From the NCBI GenBank assembly GCA_023442905.1, contig JAEZWY010000230.1:1-54575 (forward strand): a stretch of DNA of 54,575 nt, in the 5' to 3' direction. A program made the position numbers and the translations under genes. Under the pieces are notes generated by a model. It worked only from the letters and a program-made list of their open reading frames with translations, searched no databases and was not told the origin of the DNA. Of the stretch, positions 45,656 to 54,575 are shown in pieces. The first letter of the stretch is position 1, and the number at the start of each line of letters is the position of its first letter. The stretch is from Bacillota bacterium (GTDB lineage: Bacteria; Bacillota; Bacilli; Lactobacillales; Aerococcaceae).

Positions 45656-47572
45656 TCATAAAGTTACATCATATTTTTTTAAAAAATCTCTTGTTTCATC
45701 TACTGATTTCCCTTGAAAATACATTAAAACATATCGATACCATTGATGACTAGTTACTCTTGTTGATAATCGATGTGCGGATTGATCTATAATGTGAAAA
45801 CTAATTTCAGGTGGTAAGTATAAAGCTATACATATCGCCACTAAAGTTTCCAAGCTACCATTAGATTCACCATTGAAAATCCTTCGTACTTGACGATCAT
45901 CCATAGGGATTTTTGCTGCTATTTCTTTATAGGTTAACCCGCGCCAATCTTTAACTTTAGCTAAGCAATCACAAAAATCATTACTCATCTTTCCGTACAT
46001 TTCCATATTCTCCATGATAACTTTTTCCAAAAATAATTCTTGTTTTTCTGGTGTTGAATTTTCGTAGCCTTGATGAAAACTAATATCAAATTCAAATGGG
46101 GAGTTCTCATCTCGATTCAGCACACATTCACTATGATAATTTGCACCTATTCTGTCACTCGAGCGTACTGTAATTGTAAAAACCAAACAACATTCATTCA
46201 TGTTGTGCCTTGCATAATTTGTTAATGTTAAATTACCAAATAAATCTTTTTCAACATATTTAGGAGTGTTTAATACAAAATGCGAATCTATATAAACATA
46301 GCGACCGCTAGATGTAAGCTTTGCAAAATCAGCATCAGTGAATGATAATATTCCCGCATCGACTGCTCCAATTGAAAAAGTTTGATTTCTTTCTAATGTT
46401 CCTTTTTTAAAACTATGTGTAGGTATATACCTACCATCGATGAAGTTAAATGCACCAATAGCTTCCTCATAACCCACATCAATCATTCTGATTTTCGCAG
46501 CCAATCGAGAAACACCAAAAAACTCAGCTAATTTATCGATAGTCTCTTCTATTATAACTAACAAATCATTGGTGCCTTTTTCTTTCATTAAATCCTGAAT
46601 TATAGAATATGCTTCTTGTTTAAACATATTCAGTGGCATCAATATCTTAGGAGCTAAGCTATTAGCCTGCCATTCCATCCAATCAATATATTCCTTTTTA
46701 TTACCTTTAACTCCACCTGATACCTTACAATTAATTTTTGTTATATCTTCATCAAACAAATTTTTAAGCATAAATGCTTTTTTATGTAAATGCCAGTGAA
46801 CACATTCATGAACAATAGTATTATTATATGAACCTAAGTTTCTAAGAAAAAAACAATTAGGGTCTACAAAAATGCTACCTTTTTCAACCTTTTTCTCTAT
46901 TGTTTTATCATGCGTTTCATCGTAAAATGTACTTACAGTATCCTTAAAATAAATTTGCCCAAAGATACTATTATCTTTTGAAATTCTAGTCATATGAACA
47001 GTTAAACCCATCTGTCTTGCTAATAATTCTGGATCTATTTTGATTGGAGTAATTAAAGCTTCTGGATAATGTTCTTTTAAAAAATTAGTTGCCACATTAT
47101 CTAAATCTTCCTTGTAAATAATGGGTACAAAATATTCAGATAATCCATTTTTGATTTTTTTTCGATTTTTTCTCTGGTTATATATATCGATGTGTTTAAT
47201 AACAAAATTTTTAAAATGGGTATCCAAATTAATAGTACATTCATAGTGAAACCATTGATAACATATTTCTTGTTCATCAACTAACCGTTTATTTATATCA
47301 CTAACCTCAATGTGAGCTTCTAATAAAATATCGAAATCGATTTTTGTTCCAGGTAAATCTTCTATGTAAATTTGTTTTATTTCTATATCTGATAAGTTTA
47401 CTTCATCAATTTCTTCAACAACATTTAGGCGTAGTTCTAAATTTTCTACTTGGTCTGTTATGAAGTCCTGAAGGGCTTCAAACAACTCATTATAATATTT
47501 CTCTTTCACATAATTAGTAAATGAATGTTCTAGCCCCATACGCAAGACTCCCTTTCTATTTATATTTACCAA
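45656..47572 (-). CDS. ImmA/IrrE-family metallopeptidase fused to a C-terminal HTH
   Basis: TIVHECVH (HExxH), EWQAN, C-terminal LTYKEIAAKIPMDDRQVRRIFNG. True start may be MGLEHS (47539). Confidence 0.82.
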   Translation of the reverse strand: MVNINRKGVLRMGLEHSFTNYVKEKYYNELFEALQDFITDQVENLELRLNVVEEIDEVNLSDIEIKQIYIEDLPGTKIDFDILLEAHIEVSDINKRLVDEQEICYQWFHYECTINLDTHFKNFVIKHIDIYNQRKNRKKIKNGLSEYFVPIIYKEDLDNVATNFLKEHYPEALITPIKIDPELLARQMGLTVHMTRISKDNSIFGQIYFKDTVSTFYDETHDKTIEKKVEKGSIFVDPNCFFLRNLGSYNNTIVHECVHWHLHKKAFMLKNLFDEDITKINCKVSGGVKGNKKEYIDWMEWQANSLAPKILMPLNMFKQEAYSIIQDLMKEKGTNDLLVIIEETIDKLAEFFGVSRLAAKIRMIDVGYEEAIGAFNFIDGRYIPTHSFKKGTLERNQTFSIGAVDAGILSFTDADFAKLTSSGRYVYIDSHFVLNTPKYVEKDLFGNLTLTNYARHNMNECCLVFTITVRSSDRIGANYHSECVLNRDENSPFEFDISFHQGYENSTPEKQELFLEKVIMENMEMYGKMSNDFCDCLAKVKDWRGLTYKEIAAKIPMDDRQVRRIFNGESNGSLETLVAICIALYLPPEISFHIIDQSAHRLSTRVTSHQWYRYVLMYFQGKSVDETRDFLKKYDVTL

Positions 47573-48362
47573 TATGCATTTTATACGTGTCCCAGGTAAA
47601 GTGTACGATAGTTAATGATGCGTTCATTGCTAATTTAGCGTATCGCACAGGTAATTCTGTATAATTCTTTCCTTTACCATGCCCATCACCTTTATCATTT
47701 CTAAGAGAATTTAAACCATCAACTACCTGAATGAAACTACTTAGTATTTTCTTAACATCATTATTATTTTTAGCTGAGACATTTTCTTTCGGATCTAGAT
47801 TTAATTTTAAAAACACTTGTTTTCTTAATTGTACTACAGTGGATGATGGAGAATATTCCTCGTCAAATTCATCTAAAATGTGTTTGAAACAGGACTCTAA
47901 TAGTTCTTTAGATTTCCCTATCACATCCGAAGGTGATTCTTCAACTAATGACATCATTATGCTGAGTTGACTAGCTATATAGACATCATTAAACTTTTCT
48001 TTGACATCAGTAACCAATGTACTGCTAAATGTTTGATTAGTTGAAAACTTTGACATAAGCGCTTTCAATTTCGGATAAAGATTTCTCTTTTCAACCGTAA
48101 GTAAATCTTCAATGTTTTGATATTCTATATATTCAATTAAATCAGTAACTAATTTTATAATTTCACCATCGTCAGCTTGATTTATAAACTCAACAAAGGA
48201 TTTTCCTTTTGATAACTTATATTGCGTTTGGAGTGGTATTCCAACAGAATTCAGCGTAAAATCATCAAATTCTGAATTACTAAAATTCAAAACATACCCA
48301 CCATCATTAAAAAAAGTACTAATGAAATTTTTATCATTAAAGCTAAGCAAACCCTTACACAC
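47556..48362 (-). CDS. Abortive-infection family protein (AbiJ-like NTD + Abi_C)
   Basis: GGYVLNFSN..F..F...SKGK; IGKSKELLESCFK; LRNDKGDGHG. Confidence 0.78.
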   Translation of the reverse strand: MCKGLLSFNDKNFISTFFNDGGYVLNFSNSEFDDFTLNSVGIPLQTQYKLSKGKSFVEFINQADDGEIIKLVTDLIEYIEYQNIEDLLTVEKRNLYPKLKALMSKFSTNQTFSSTLVTDVKEKFNDVYIASQLSIMMSLVEESPSDVIGKSKELLESCFKHILDEFDEEYSPSSTVVQLRKQVFLKLNLDPKENVSAKNNNDVKKILSSFIQVVDGLNSLRNDKGDGHGKGKNYTELPVRYAKLAMNASLTIVHFTWDTYKMHIGKYK

Positions 48363-48397
48363 CTCGCAGTCTTACTACATGTTTTAAGGATAACATC

Positions 48398-48433
48398 GAC
48401 TCTTTATGCATCAAACGATATGCATAAAGAGTC
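48398..48433. repeat. Perfect 14-bp inverted repeat between mcrC-like and abi
   Basis: GACTCTTTATGCAT-N8-ATGCATAAAGAGTC. Confidence 0.7.
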
Positions 48434-48448
48434 ATAACACTATAATTA

Positions 48449-49705
48449 CTAATCAATCTTTATATCTAGTAATGTCTTTTCAACTGTATCCACAAATAGA
48501 TTAATAGATTTCAGGAAATCTTTTCCTGATTTATCAGCAATATTTATAAAACAAGCCGTTATTACATAAGGATTAAATATATCTGAATTTAAAGTGAGCG
48601 TCTCCGGTCTTTTGTTTAAAAAAGAAGGATACAGTAGAATTACTTTTTTACTATTTAATAATCTTGCATATGTAACAATTTGATAAATATCGCTATTATT
48701 AAAGACATTATAAGCTTTATTTTTAACATCTAAAACTCCATAAGCAGAAGGTAAATAGTCATAACTTTCATCTTCTACAAGATAACGATAAACGATATCC
48801 GGTTGATATTCTCTACTATCATAACAATTATCACTTTTTAGAATATCTGCAAATTTCTTGGAATTTTCCCATGTGAAAAACTCCCTTTTATCTGGAGTTT
48901 CTTTTAATATTTTAATAACAAAATCCTCAAATAACCTATCGAAATTTATAATAAAACTTTCTGTTCCAATTGTGTTTCCCACATCTTCATAATCTAATTG
49001 ATCTATTATCATTGATGCGTAAATCAATGTATTTCGATACCTTGAAGTATTGGAATTAAAATTTATATTCTTTAATAATTCGCTACCATTTTTAACATTT
49101 GGAGATACATTTTCAAAATACATTAAAAGTTTTGTAGCAGTTGAAGTATATTTCTTTACATTTTTTAGTTTCATTAAAGCAGTAGCAATAAGTCTATTAA
49201 TATCATTATTTAATGAGAGTCTTGATACCTTTGTGTCGACATATTTCTTTTTGTTTAAAAGATAATTCTTGTAGGTGCTGGGATAATGGACATTACCTTT
49301 AATAGTTCCAAGCTTTTCATTCGATATTCGATAGGACTGTATAATACCCAACTGAATATTTTTTTGAAGGTTTTCCAAAAAAAGCTCCGCAACATCTACC
49401 TCATTTTGGGCTTCTGAGATATCTAATACAGACGAACTATCAGAAGTCCTATACCCATAAACATATAAGTACATTCGAAAAATATGCTCGAATCCTATTT
49501 CATTATACTTTGGTTCCAAATTTATTTTGCGAACAGGTGTTACAAGATACCCAACATAGGATTGGCTTATAGTTAAAATAGAGTTGTTCTTTTCTTCTCT
49601 CGCCCATCTTATATTGTTCTTATGTACAAATTGTTCAAAATAACTAAATTCTTCATCCAATACATTTATAATTGTTTGTCCAGCAGTCTCAATTTTATTA
49701 AACAT
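48449..49705 (-). CDS. McrC-like PD-(D/E)XK restriction nuclease subunit
   Basis: LEPK, LFEDFV, QPDIV...LDVKNK...DIYQIVTY. Confidence 0.85.
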   Translation of the reverse strand: MFNKIETAGQTIINVLDEEFSYFEQFVHKNNIRWAREEKNNSILTISQSYVGYLVTPVRKINLEPKYNEIGFEHIFRMYLYVYGYRTSDSSSVLDISEAQNEVDVAELFLENLQKNIQLGIIQSYRISNEKLGTIKGNVHYPSTYKNYLLNKKKYVDTKVSRLSLNNDINRLIATALMKLKNVKKYTSTATKLLMYFENVSPNVKNGSELLKNINFNSNTSRYRNTLIYASMIIDQLDYEDVGNTIGTESFIINFDRLFEDFVIKILKETPDKREFFTWENSKKFADILKSDNCYDSREYQPDIVYRYLVEDESYDYLPSAYGVLDVKNKAYNVFNNSDIYQIVTYARLLNSKKVILLYPSFLNKRPETLTLNSDIFNPYVITACFINIADKSGKDFLKSINLFVDTVEKTLLDIKID

Positions 49706-49713
49706 TCACTCAC

Positions 49714-51345
49714 CTACACTTGAAACTCTGCTTGAAAAGCTATTTTAAATTCATCTATATCTTGAATACCATCTGCAAGGTTTTCACCAACTATAGTATT
49801 TATTGCATTAATATCATTAAAACTATATTCCACCAAAGTTGGTAATAGCACAAAATTAAATTGATTTTTAAACTCTTCAAAGTTCCAAATAAAGTCATCA
49901 CCTGTTTTGTTTGGAATGAAATAAGATTGCCCTAAAATCAATTCGGAATCACCTAACGTTTCTAAAATTCTTTGATTTATAATTTTTAATATGTTACCTA
50001 GGTCAAAATCTTCAAGAATGACCTTTTCTGATAAAAAGTCGTAATTTGGTAATAAATTTATAAAAGCAAAACGCCTTCTGATTGCTAAATCTAAAAATGC
50101 TATGTTTCTATCACTAGTATTCATCGTTCCTACAATATATAAATTATCGGGAATGTTTAATTCTTTAATTCCTTTAATTGGACGTGAAAGTTTTACCGAA
50201 TATCCTCTATCTAAAGTAAGGATTGTCTCACCAAATATTTCTGCAATATTACCTCGATTTAATTCATCGATTACAAATAGGTATTTATTATTTTTATCCT
50301 GCTTTGCTTTTTCTACAAAGTCTAAAAACAAGCCTTTTTGAGTTGAAACAATCGTTGCATTTTGGTCATTTACCGTCAACGTCTCAGATCCTATAAAATC
50401 TTCATAAGAATAGTTAGCGTGAAATTGAACCATTTCTGTTTCTGCAAACTCTCCACTATTTTTTAATAGATTGGTGTATCTAGATTTCCCAACTCCAGGA
50501 ACCCCCGTCAATACAATTTGCTTTTTATAAAGTAGCGTATCTAGTATTTCCTTATCTGAGGGATTATCACCACTTAAAGCTAAATATTGTGTCGTTTCTT
50601 CTTTGGTCAATAGATTTTGTTGGTACTCCTCTGAAGTACTGATTGATTCAACCTCAGGTTGTTTTTTAGTATCAAACTCAAACTTATCTCTTATTTCCGA
50701 ACCTTTGATAATAGTTTTAGAAGGTGCAATTCTATTAAAAGATATATCATCATCAAAAAGCCATAAAAAATCCTTTTTATTTATTTTAAATAACTTTTTA
50801 ATCACTTTTTCTAATACACGTGTAAATTCTTTTTCATTCGGTTCATGTTCAAATTCAAATCTTGTAAAACGAAGCACCCATGCAGTAAAATGCGATAATG
50901 ATATCCTATTCCCTTTAAGATAATATTCTTCTAATATTTCTTGATAGTTATGTTTTAATGTTAAATTTGAATTATTATCCTCATAGATAGGGATATTGAA
51001 ATTTTTCTTTTCTATTGTGTCCTTAATTCTACCAATAATTCTAGTAAATTCTGTAGCTGGTTGATATAACTCAAGTTTTCTAAAACCGTTCGGGAACATC
51101 AACACTTTACTTTTAGGTTTCTCAGTTGAATCAAATAATCCACCTAACATCCACAATGACTTTAAGTAATCAGTTTTTTGCTCTTCAGAAAGACTTCCAC
51201 TTTTGTATGTTACCGGAAACGAGTGGGAAATCCCAATTCTTTTAGACAATAGAAAAAGAAACAATGAAGAGTCAGGATCCACTTGAAGATTTTCAAAATA
51301 ATCTATTGAGTTTAAAACATTTTCTTTTGAAATATAATAATTCAA
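49714..51345 (-). CDS. McrB-like AAA+ GTPase restriction subunit
   Basis: GVPGVGKS, QFHANYSYEDFI, IDELNRGN, GTMNTSD, AIRRRF. Confidence 0.9.
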   Translation of the reverse strand: MNYYISKENVLNSIDYFENLQVDPDSSLFLFLLSKRIGISHSFPVTYKSGSLSEEQKTDYLKSLWMLGGLFDSTEKPKSKVLMFPNGFRKLELYQPATEFTRIIGRIKDTIEKKNFNIPIYEDNNSNLTLKHNYQEILEEYYLKGNRISLSHFTAWVLRFTRFEFEHEPNEKEFTRVLEKVIKKLFKINKKDFLWLFDDDISFNRIAPSKTIIKGSEIRDKFEFDTKKQPEVESISTSEEYQQNLLTKEETTQYLALSGDNPSDKEILDTLLYKKQIVLTGVPGVGKSRYTNLLKNSGEFAETEMVQFHANYSYEDFIGSETLTVNDQNATIVSTQKGLFLDFVEKAKQDKNNKYLFVIDELNRGNIAEIFGETILTLDRGYSVKLSRPIKGIKELNIPDNLYIVGTMNTSDRNIAFLDLAIRRRFAFINLLPNYDFLSEKVILEDFDLGNILKIINQRILETLGDSELILGQSYFIPNKTGDDFIWNFEEFKNQFNFVLLPTLVEYSFNDINAINTIVGENLADGIQDIDEFKIAFQAEFQV

Positions 51346-51369
51346 TTTATCTCACTCCATATAATAAAT

Positions 51370-52608
51370 TTAATATCCCGCTTCAATTAGCTGCTGTACT
51401 ATAGATTTACCAATAATCTCTCCTAATTTGGGTGGAACAGCATTTCCTATAATTGTATATTTAGCTGATACTGAATCTCCGACAAAAATGTAATTATCGG
51501 GAAATGATTGAATTCTAGCAATCTCCCTGACAGAATATCTTCTATCCTCCAAAGGATGTAAAATCCCACTATTTTCAGGGGTACTAGCAGCTGTGATTGT
51601 TCCATTAATCTCATTTCTAGCAAACCTTCTATAGAAATTAGGAGAACGATATTTTTTCATATTATCCCTAATCTTTTTTAATCTCTCAGGTAAATGTTCG
51701 TATGGGATGTCTTTCCATGAACCTCCCTCAGGAATGAATGGGACTAGTTTCTTGCTCTGAGGAGACAACTCCCACACCTCATTTTGATTAGGTAATCCTT
51801 CAACACCTTTTAATACATATCCTACAGTTAACTTTTCAGGATCATAATCAATTGGTTCTGGAAATTCATAATCAATGTTTATATCGCTTCTAATGCCGAT
51901 AATTATAACTCGAAATCTATTTTGTGGCACTCCATAGTTGCTAGCTTTTAAAAGTTTATATTTAACTTTATAACCAGGCTCTGTGTTTTCTAATAGAGTA
52001 ACAATAGAATCCATTAATTTGGAGCCATCTTTATTTTTCATAGATAATAAGCCACGAACATTTTCCATGATAACAACTTTTGGCTTTTTGGCATTTATAA
52101 CCTTTAATACTTCCAAATATAAATTTCCTCTGTCATCTTTTGTACCTAATCTGTTACCTGCACTTGAAAATGGTTGACAGGGAAAACCAGCTACAACTAC
52201 ATCAGCATTCGGCATATCGTTAGCATTAATTTTTGTGATATCTTCTTCAGTTATCTCTCCGATATTAGCACGATAATTTTCAATTGCTGGTTTTAGAATA
52301 TCATTAGCAAACACTATGTTAAATCCAGAATTAATTAAACCTAGATCTAACCCTCCTGCTCCACTAAATAATGAAATAGTATCTAGTGACATTGATAAAT
52401 CTTTTTTTTCATTTACATACTCAACAATATCTTCTAATCTACAATCTAATGTTTTACAAATACGACCTAATATTTCCATACTTACATTTTGATTTTTACT
52501 TAGACGTGATAGTGTTTGATTAGTTATTTTTGCTCTATCTCTCAATTGAGTTTTATTAATATTTTTCTCTAATATTAACTTCCATAATGGTTTATAAGAA
52601 AATGCCAA
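51370..52608 (-). CDS. C5 cytosine DNA methyltransferase with N-terminal Cro/C1-type HTH
   Basis: SYKPLWK...ICKTLDCRLEDIVEY HTH, then FSGAGG, GFPCQPFS, ENV, QNRFR, REIARIQSFP, GNAVPP. Start placed at TTG 52608. Confidence 0.9.
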   Translation of the reverse strand: MAFSYKPLWKLILEKNINKTQLRDRAKITNQTLSRLSKNQNVSMEILGRICKTLDCRLEDIVEYVNEKKDLSMSLDTISLFSGAGGLDLGLINSGFNIVFANDILKPAIENYRANIGEITEEDITKINANDMPNADVVVAGFPCQPFSSAGNRLGTKDDRGNLYLEVLKVINAKKPKVVIMENVRGLLSMKNKDGSKLMDSIVTLLENTEPGYKVKYKLLKASNYGVPQNRFRVIIIGIRSDINIDYEFPEPIDYDPEKLTVGYVLKGVEGLPNQNEVWELSPQSKKLVPFIPEGGSWKDIPYEHLPERLKKIRDNMKKYRSPNFYRRFARNEINGTITAASTPENSGILHPLEDRRYSVREIARIQSFPDNYIFVGDSVSAKYTIIGNAVPPKLGEIIGKSIVQQLIEAGY

Positions 52609-52846
52609 TTCACTCACTCTTTCTAGAATAAAATTCTCTATTAATAGAATATCACATTTGGATATCAATTCAAAATGAAAACATCTGTTCTGTCAACTCC
52701 CCCCACCCAAAAGTCATCCTATCAACTCAACCCTACCTTTACTGAAAACTACTCTTCCTTTTCAGCAAAATAAAAATAAGATTCCCCAGCTTGGACATTC
52801 TCCAAAACCACTGGAAAACCTTATTCTATCAACACTTCAACTCTTC

Positions 52847-54241
52847 TTATTCATCCACCCTAGACATCAATGCTACCAACTCCACATGCATGGTCATAGG
52901 GAACATATCAACTGGTCTTATATACTTTGGCTTATAGCCTGCTTCTGCTAGTAGTTGGCAGTCTCTTGCTTGGGTAGACGGATTACAGGAGATATAAACT
53001 ATTTTAGGTATATCCATTTCTATTAGTGTATCGATAAATGTTTTATCTAGGCCTTTTCTAGGTGGGTCTACAAAAACAAGTTCAAAATTTATCCCGTCTT
53101 TCTTTAGTTTTGGCAGGATTTCTTCAGATTTGCCGACAATAAATTCTGTGTTATCTATCTTATTTAAGTCAGCATTTTCCCTTGCCATTCTAATTGCCTC
53201 GTCTACTATTTCTATACCGTAGACTTTTTTAGCTTTTTTTGCTAAATTCAAGGTTATTGTTCCAATACCACAGTAGGCATCTAGGACTGTTTCAGCGCCA
53301 GTAAGTTCTGCTATATTAATTCCTTCTTCATAGATTTTTTCTGCCTGGGGTGTATTTACCTGGTAGAAAGACTTGGCTGAAATTTTAAAGTCTAAGCCTA
53401 GCATTTTATCAGTGTAGTAGTCTTTTCCAAAAAGCACCTTTGACTTATTTCCTAGGATAACATTGGTATCCTTGTCTTGGATATTTTGGATTATACTAAC
53501 AATATTAGAATCTAGGGCAATTATTTCCTCTACTATTTCTTTTTCACTAGCTAATGTTTTTTCGTTTGTTACTAAAACAACCATTACTTCTTTTGAGTAG
53601 TGGCCTCTTTTTACAACTATGTGCCTGATATTTCCCTTGTGCTTATCCTCATTGTAGGCTACTATTTCGTATTTATTTAGTATTTCTCTGATTTCAGAAA
53701 CTAGTCTGTCAATTTCCTTATTGTTTATATATAGGTTATCTGTTGGTATTATGTCGTGGCTTCTTCTCCTAAAAACTCCTGTTACAAGTTTTCCGTCCTC
53801 ATACCCAACTGGAACCTGGGCCTTATTCCTATAATTTAAGGGCTCTTTCATTCCTAGAGTTTCTTTTACAAGTATGTCTTCAAATTTTCCTATTCTCGTA
53901 AATTTATCTGCAACCTGCTTTTGTTTAATTTCTAACTGTCTTGGATATGCAATATGAACTATTGGCATTATCTCTTGGATTAATTTTTGATTTTTTTCAA
54001 AGCTAATCCTATCTTCTGATTCTTGGTGGATCTCCATTAATTTCCCATAACCGAATTTTTTTCCTTTAGCTTTTTCAAACCACTCAGTAGGAACTGTCTT
54101 ACCAACAGTTAACCCTACACTTAATTCATTTTCTATTGCTTCTTTATACTCTTCACTTGTCAATGGAACCGTATAGGGATTTCCTTTTTTCCTTGAAACA
54201 TTGTTCCATCTATTCTGATTAAACTTTACGTATTTTCCCAT
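52847..54241 (-). CDS. rlmD: 23S rRNA (uracil-5)-methyltransferase RlmD/RumA with a non-native N-terminus; prophage integration target
   Basis: YRNKAQ, SFYQVN, LDAYCGIG, VDPPRKG, YISCNPST, VDMFP..HVE. Confidence 0.88.
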   Translation of the reverse strand: MGKYVKFNQNRWNNVSRKKGNPYTVPLTSEEYKEAIENELSVGLTVGKTVPTEWFEKAKGKKFGYGKLMEIHQESEDRISFEKNQKLIQEIMPIVHIAYPRQLEIKQKQVADKFTRIGKFEDILVKETLGMKEPLNYRNKAQVPVGYEDGKLVTGVFRRRSHDIIPTDNLYINNKEIDRLVSEIREILNKYEIVAYNEDKHKGNIRHIVVKRGHYSKEVMVVLVTNEKTLASEKEIVEEIIALDSNIVSIIQNIQDKDTNVILGNKSKVLFGKDYYTDKMLGLDFKISAKSFYQVNTPQAEKIYEEGINIAELTGAETVLDAYCGIGTITLNLAKKAKKVYGIEIVDEAIRMARENADLNKIDNTEFIVGKSEEILPKLKKDGINFELVFVDPPRKGLDKTFIDTLIEMDIPKIVYISCNPSTQARDCQLLAEAGYKPKYIRPVDMFPMTMHVELVALMSRVDE

Positions 54242-54245
54242 TTTA

Positions 54246-54506
54246 TTAACCTACTTTTTCAATTTTATTTTTTTGTAGAGACGCGAAAATCCTGTATTCA
54301 TCGTTACTATCTGCCCTTGTCATAATTATGACACAAAACCCGCAACCGGCATCTAAAACAACCAAATCATCTTTCTCAAAGACATCAGGTTTTAGCTTCT
54401 TACACCTCTTTATAAGCATGTAAGCTATATCACTATACATTCTTATGTTCCACTCCGGCTGACACTCTCGATCGAAGTCAGTATATCCCATCTTCTCACC
54501 TATCAC
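54246..54506 (-). pseudogene. Truncated class I SAM-dependent methyltransferase fragment
   Basis: VVLDAGCG motif I followed by only ~30 residues. Confidence 0.5.
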
Positions 54507-54575
54507 TTTTGAATTTTATTACATCATTATAAATGATATCTTTGTTAGTATTTATTTTCTATTATACTACAGTAT

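Larger units (their letters stand above)
421..52890 (-). mobile_element. Temperate prophage (siphovirus-type, serine-recombinase module) inserted at the 3' end of rlmD; low-coordinate boundary uncertain
   Basis: Co-oriented full module set (regulation, replication, packaging, head, tail, lysis, recombinases) starting just downstream of rlmD. The 3' end of rumA/rlmD is a known target of phi-m46.1-like elements. Confidence 0.88.

Noticed and set aside
944..50923. Numerous + strand ORFs in the track (e.g. 16179-16943, 17217-17747, 37347-37841)
   Set aside because: All are antisense shadows of well-supported - strand genes, with no recognisable motifs.

Overview
Almost the whole window (~0.4-52.9 kb, all genes on the - strand) is an apparently complete temperate siphovirus-type prophage of a low-GC Bacillota host. 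It sits directly downstream of an rlmD/rumA 23S rRNA m5U methyltransferase gene, the architecture known from phi-m46.1-like elements. In transcription order (high to low coordinates): rlmD (with a foreign N-terminus); a defence block (HTH-C5 methyltransferase, McrB-like, McrC-like, Abi); an ImmA/IrrE-HTH regulator; a phage sigma-like factor; replication genes (DUF2800, DUF2815, PolA, antirepressor, VirE primase-helicase, ori, VRR-NUC, SNF2); a late regulator, HNH and terS; a modification block (MetK, two DNA methyltransferases, amidoligase, GGCT); the aminoglycoside resistance gene aadD; terL, portal, protease, HK97-type capsid and tail genes; a GH18 hydrolase, holin and amidase; a PadR operon; a three-gene serine recombinase module; three putative defence cargo genes; and a partial AraC gene. 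The most striking unexplained signal is four copies of a 26-bp 9-8-9 imperfect palindrome with an invariant CGGG. They bracket the aadD gene and the PadR operon as direct-repeat pairs, and removing the cargo reconstructs nearly the same empty site at both loci, suggesting an integron-like gene-cassette system. Other signals: an alternative-frame gene nested in a C5 methyltransferase, a candidate RNA switch over the sigma-factor RBS, a three-copy promoter motif, and a split tail-tip domain with two alternative second halves. All family assignments are by eye from motifs and recall; no searches were run.
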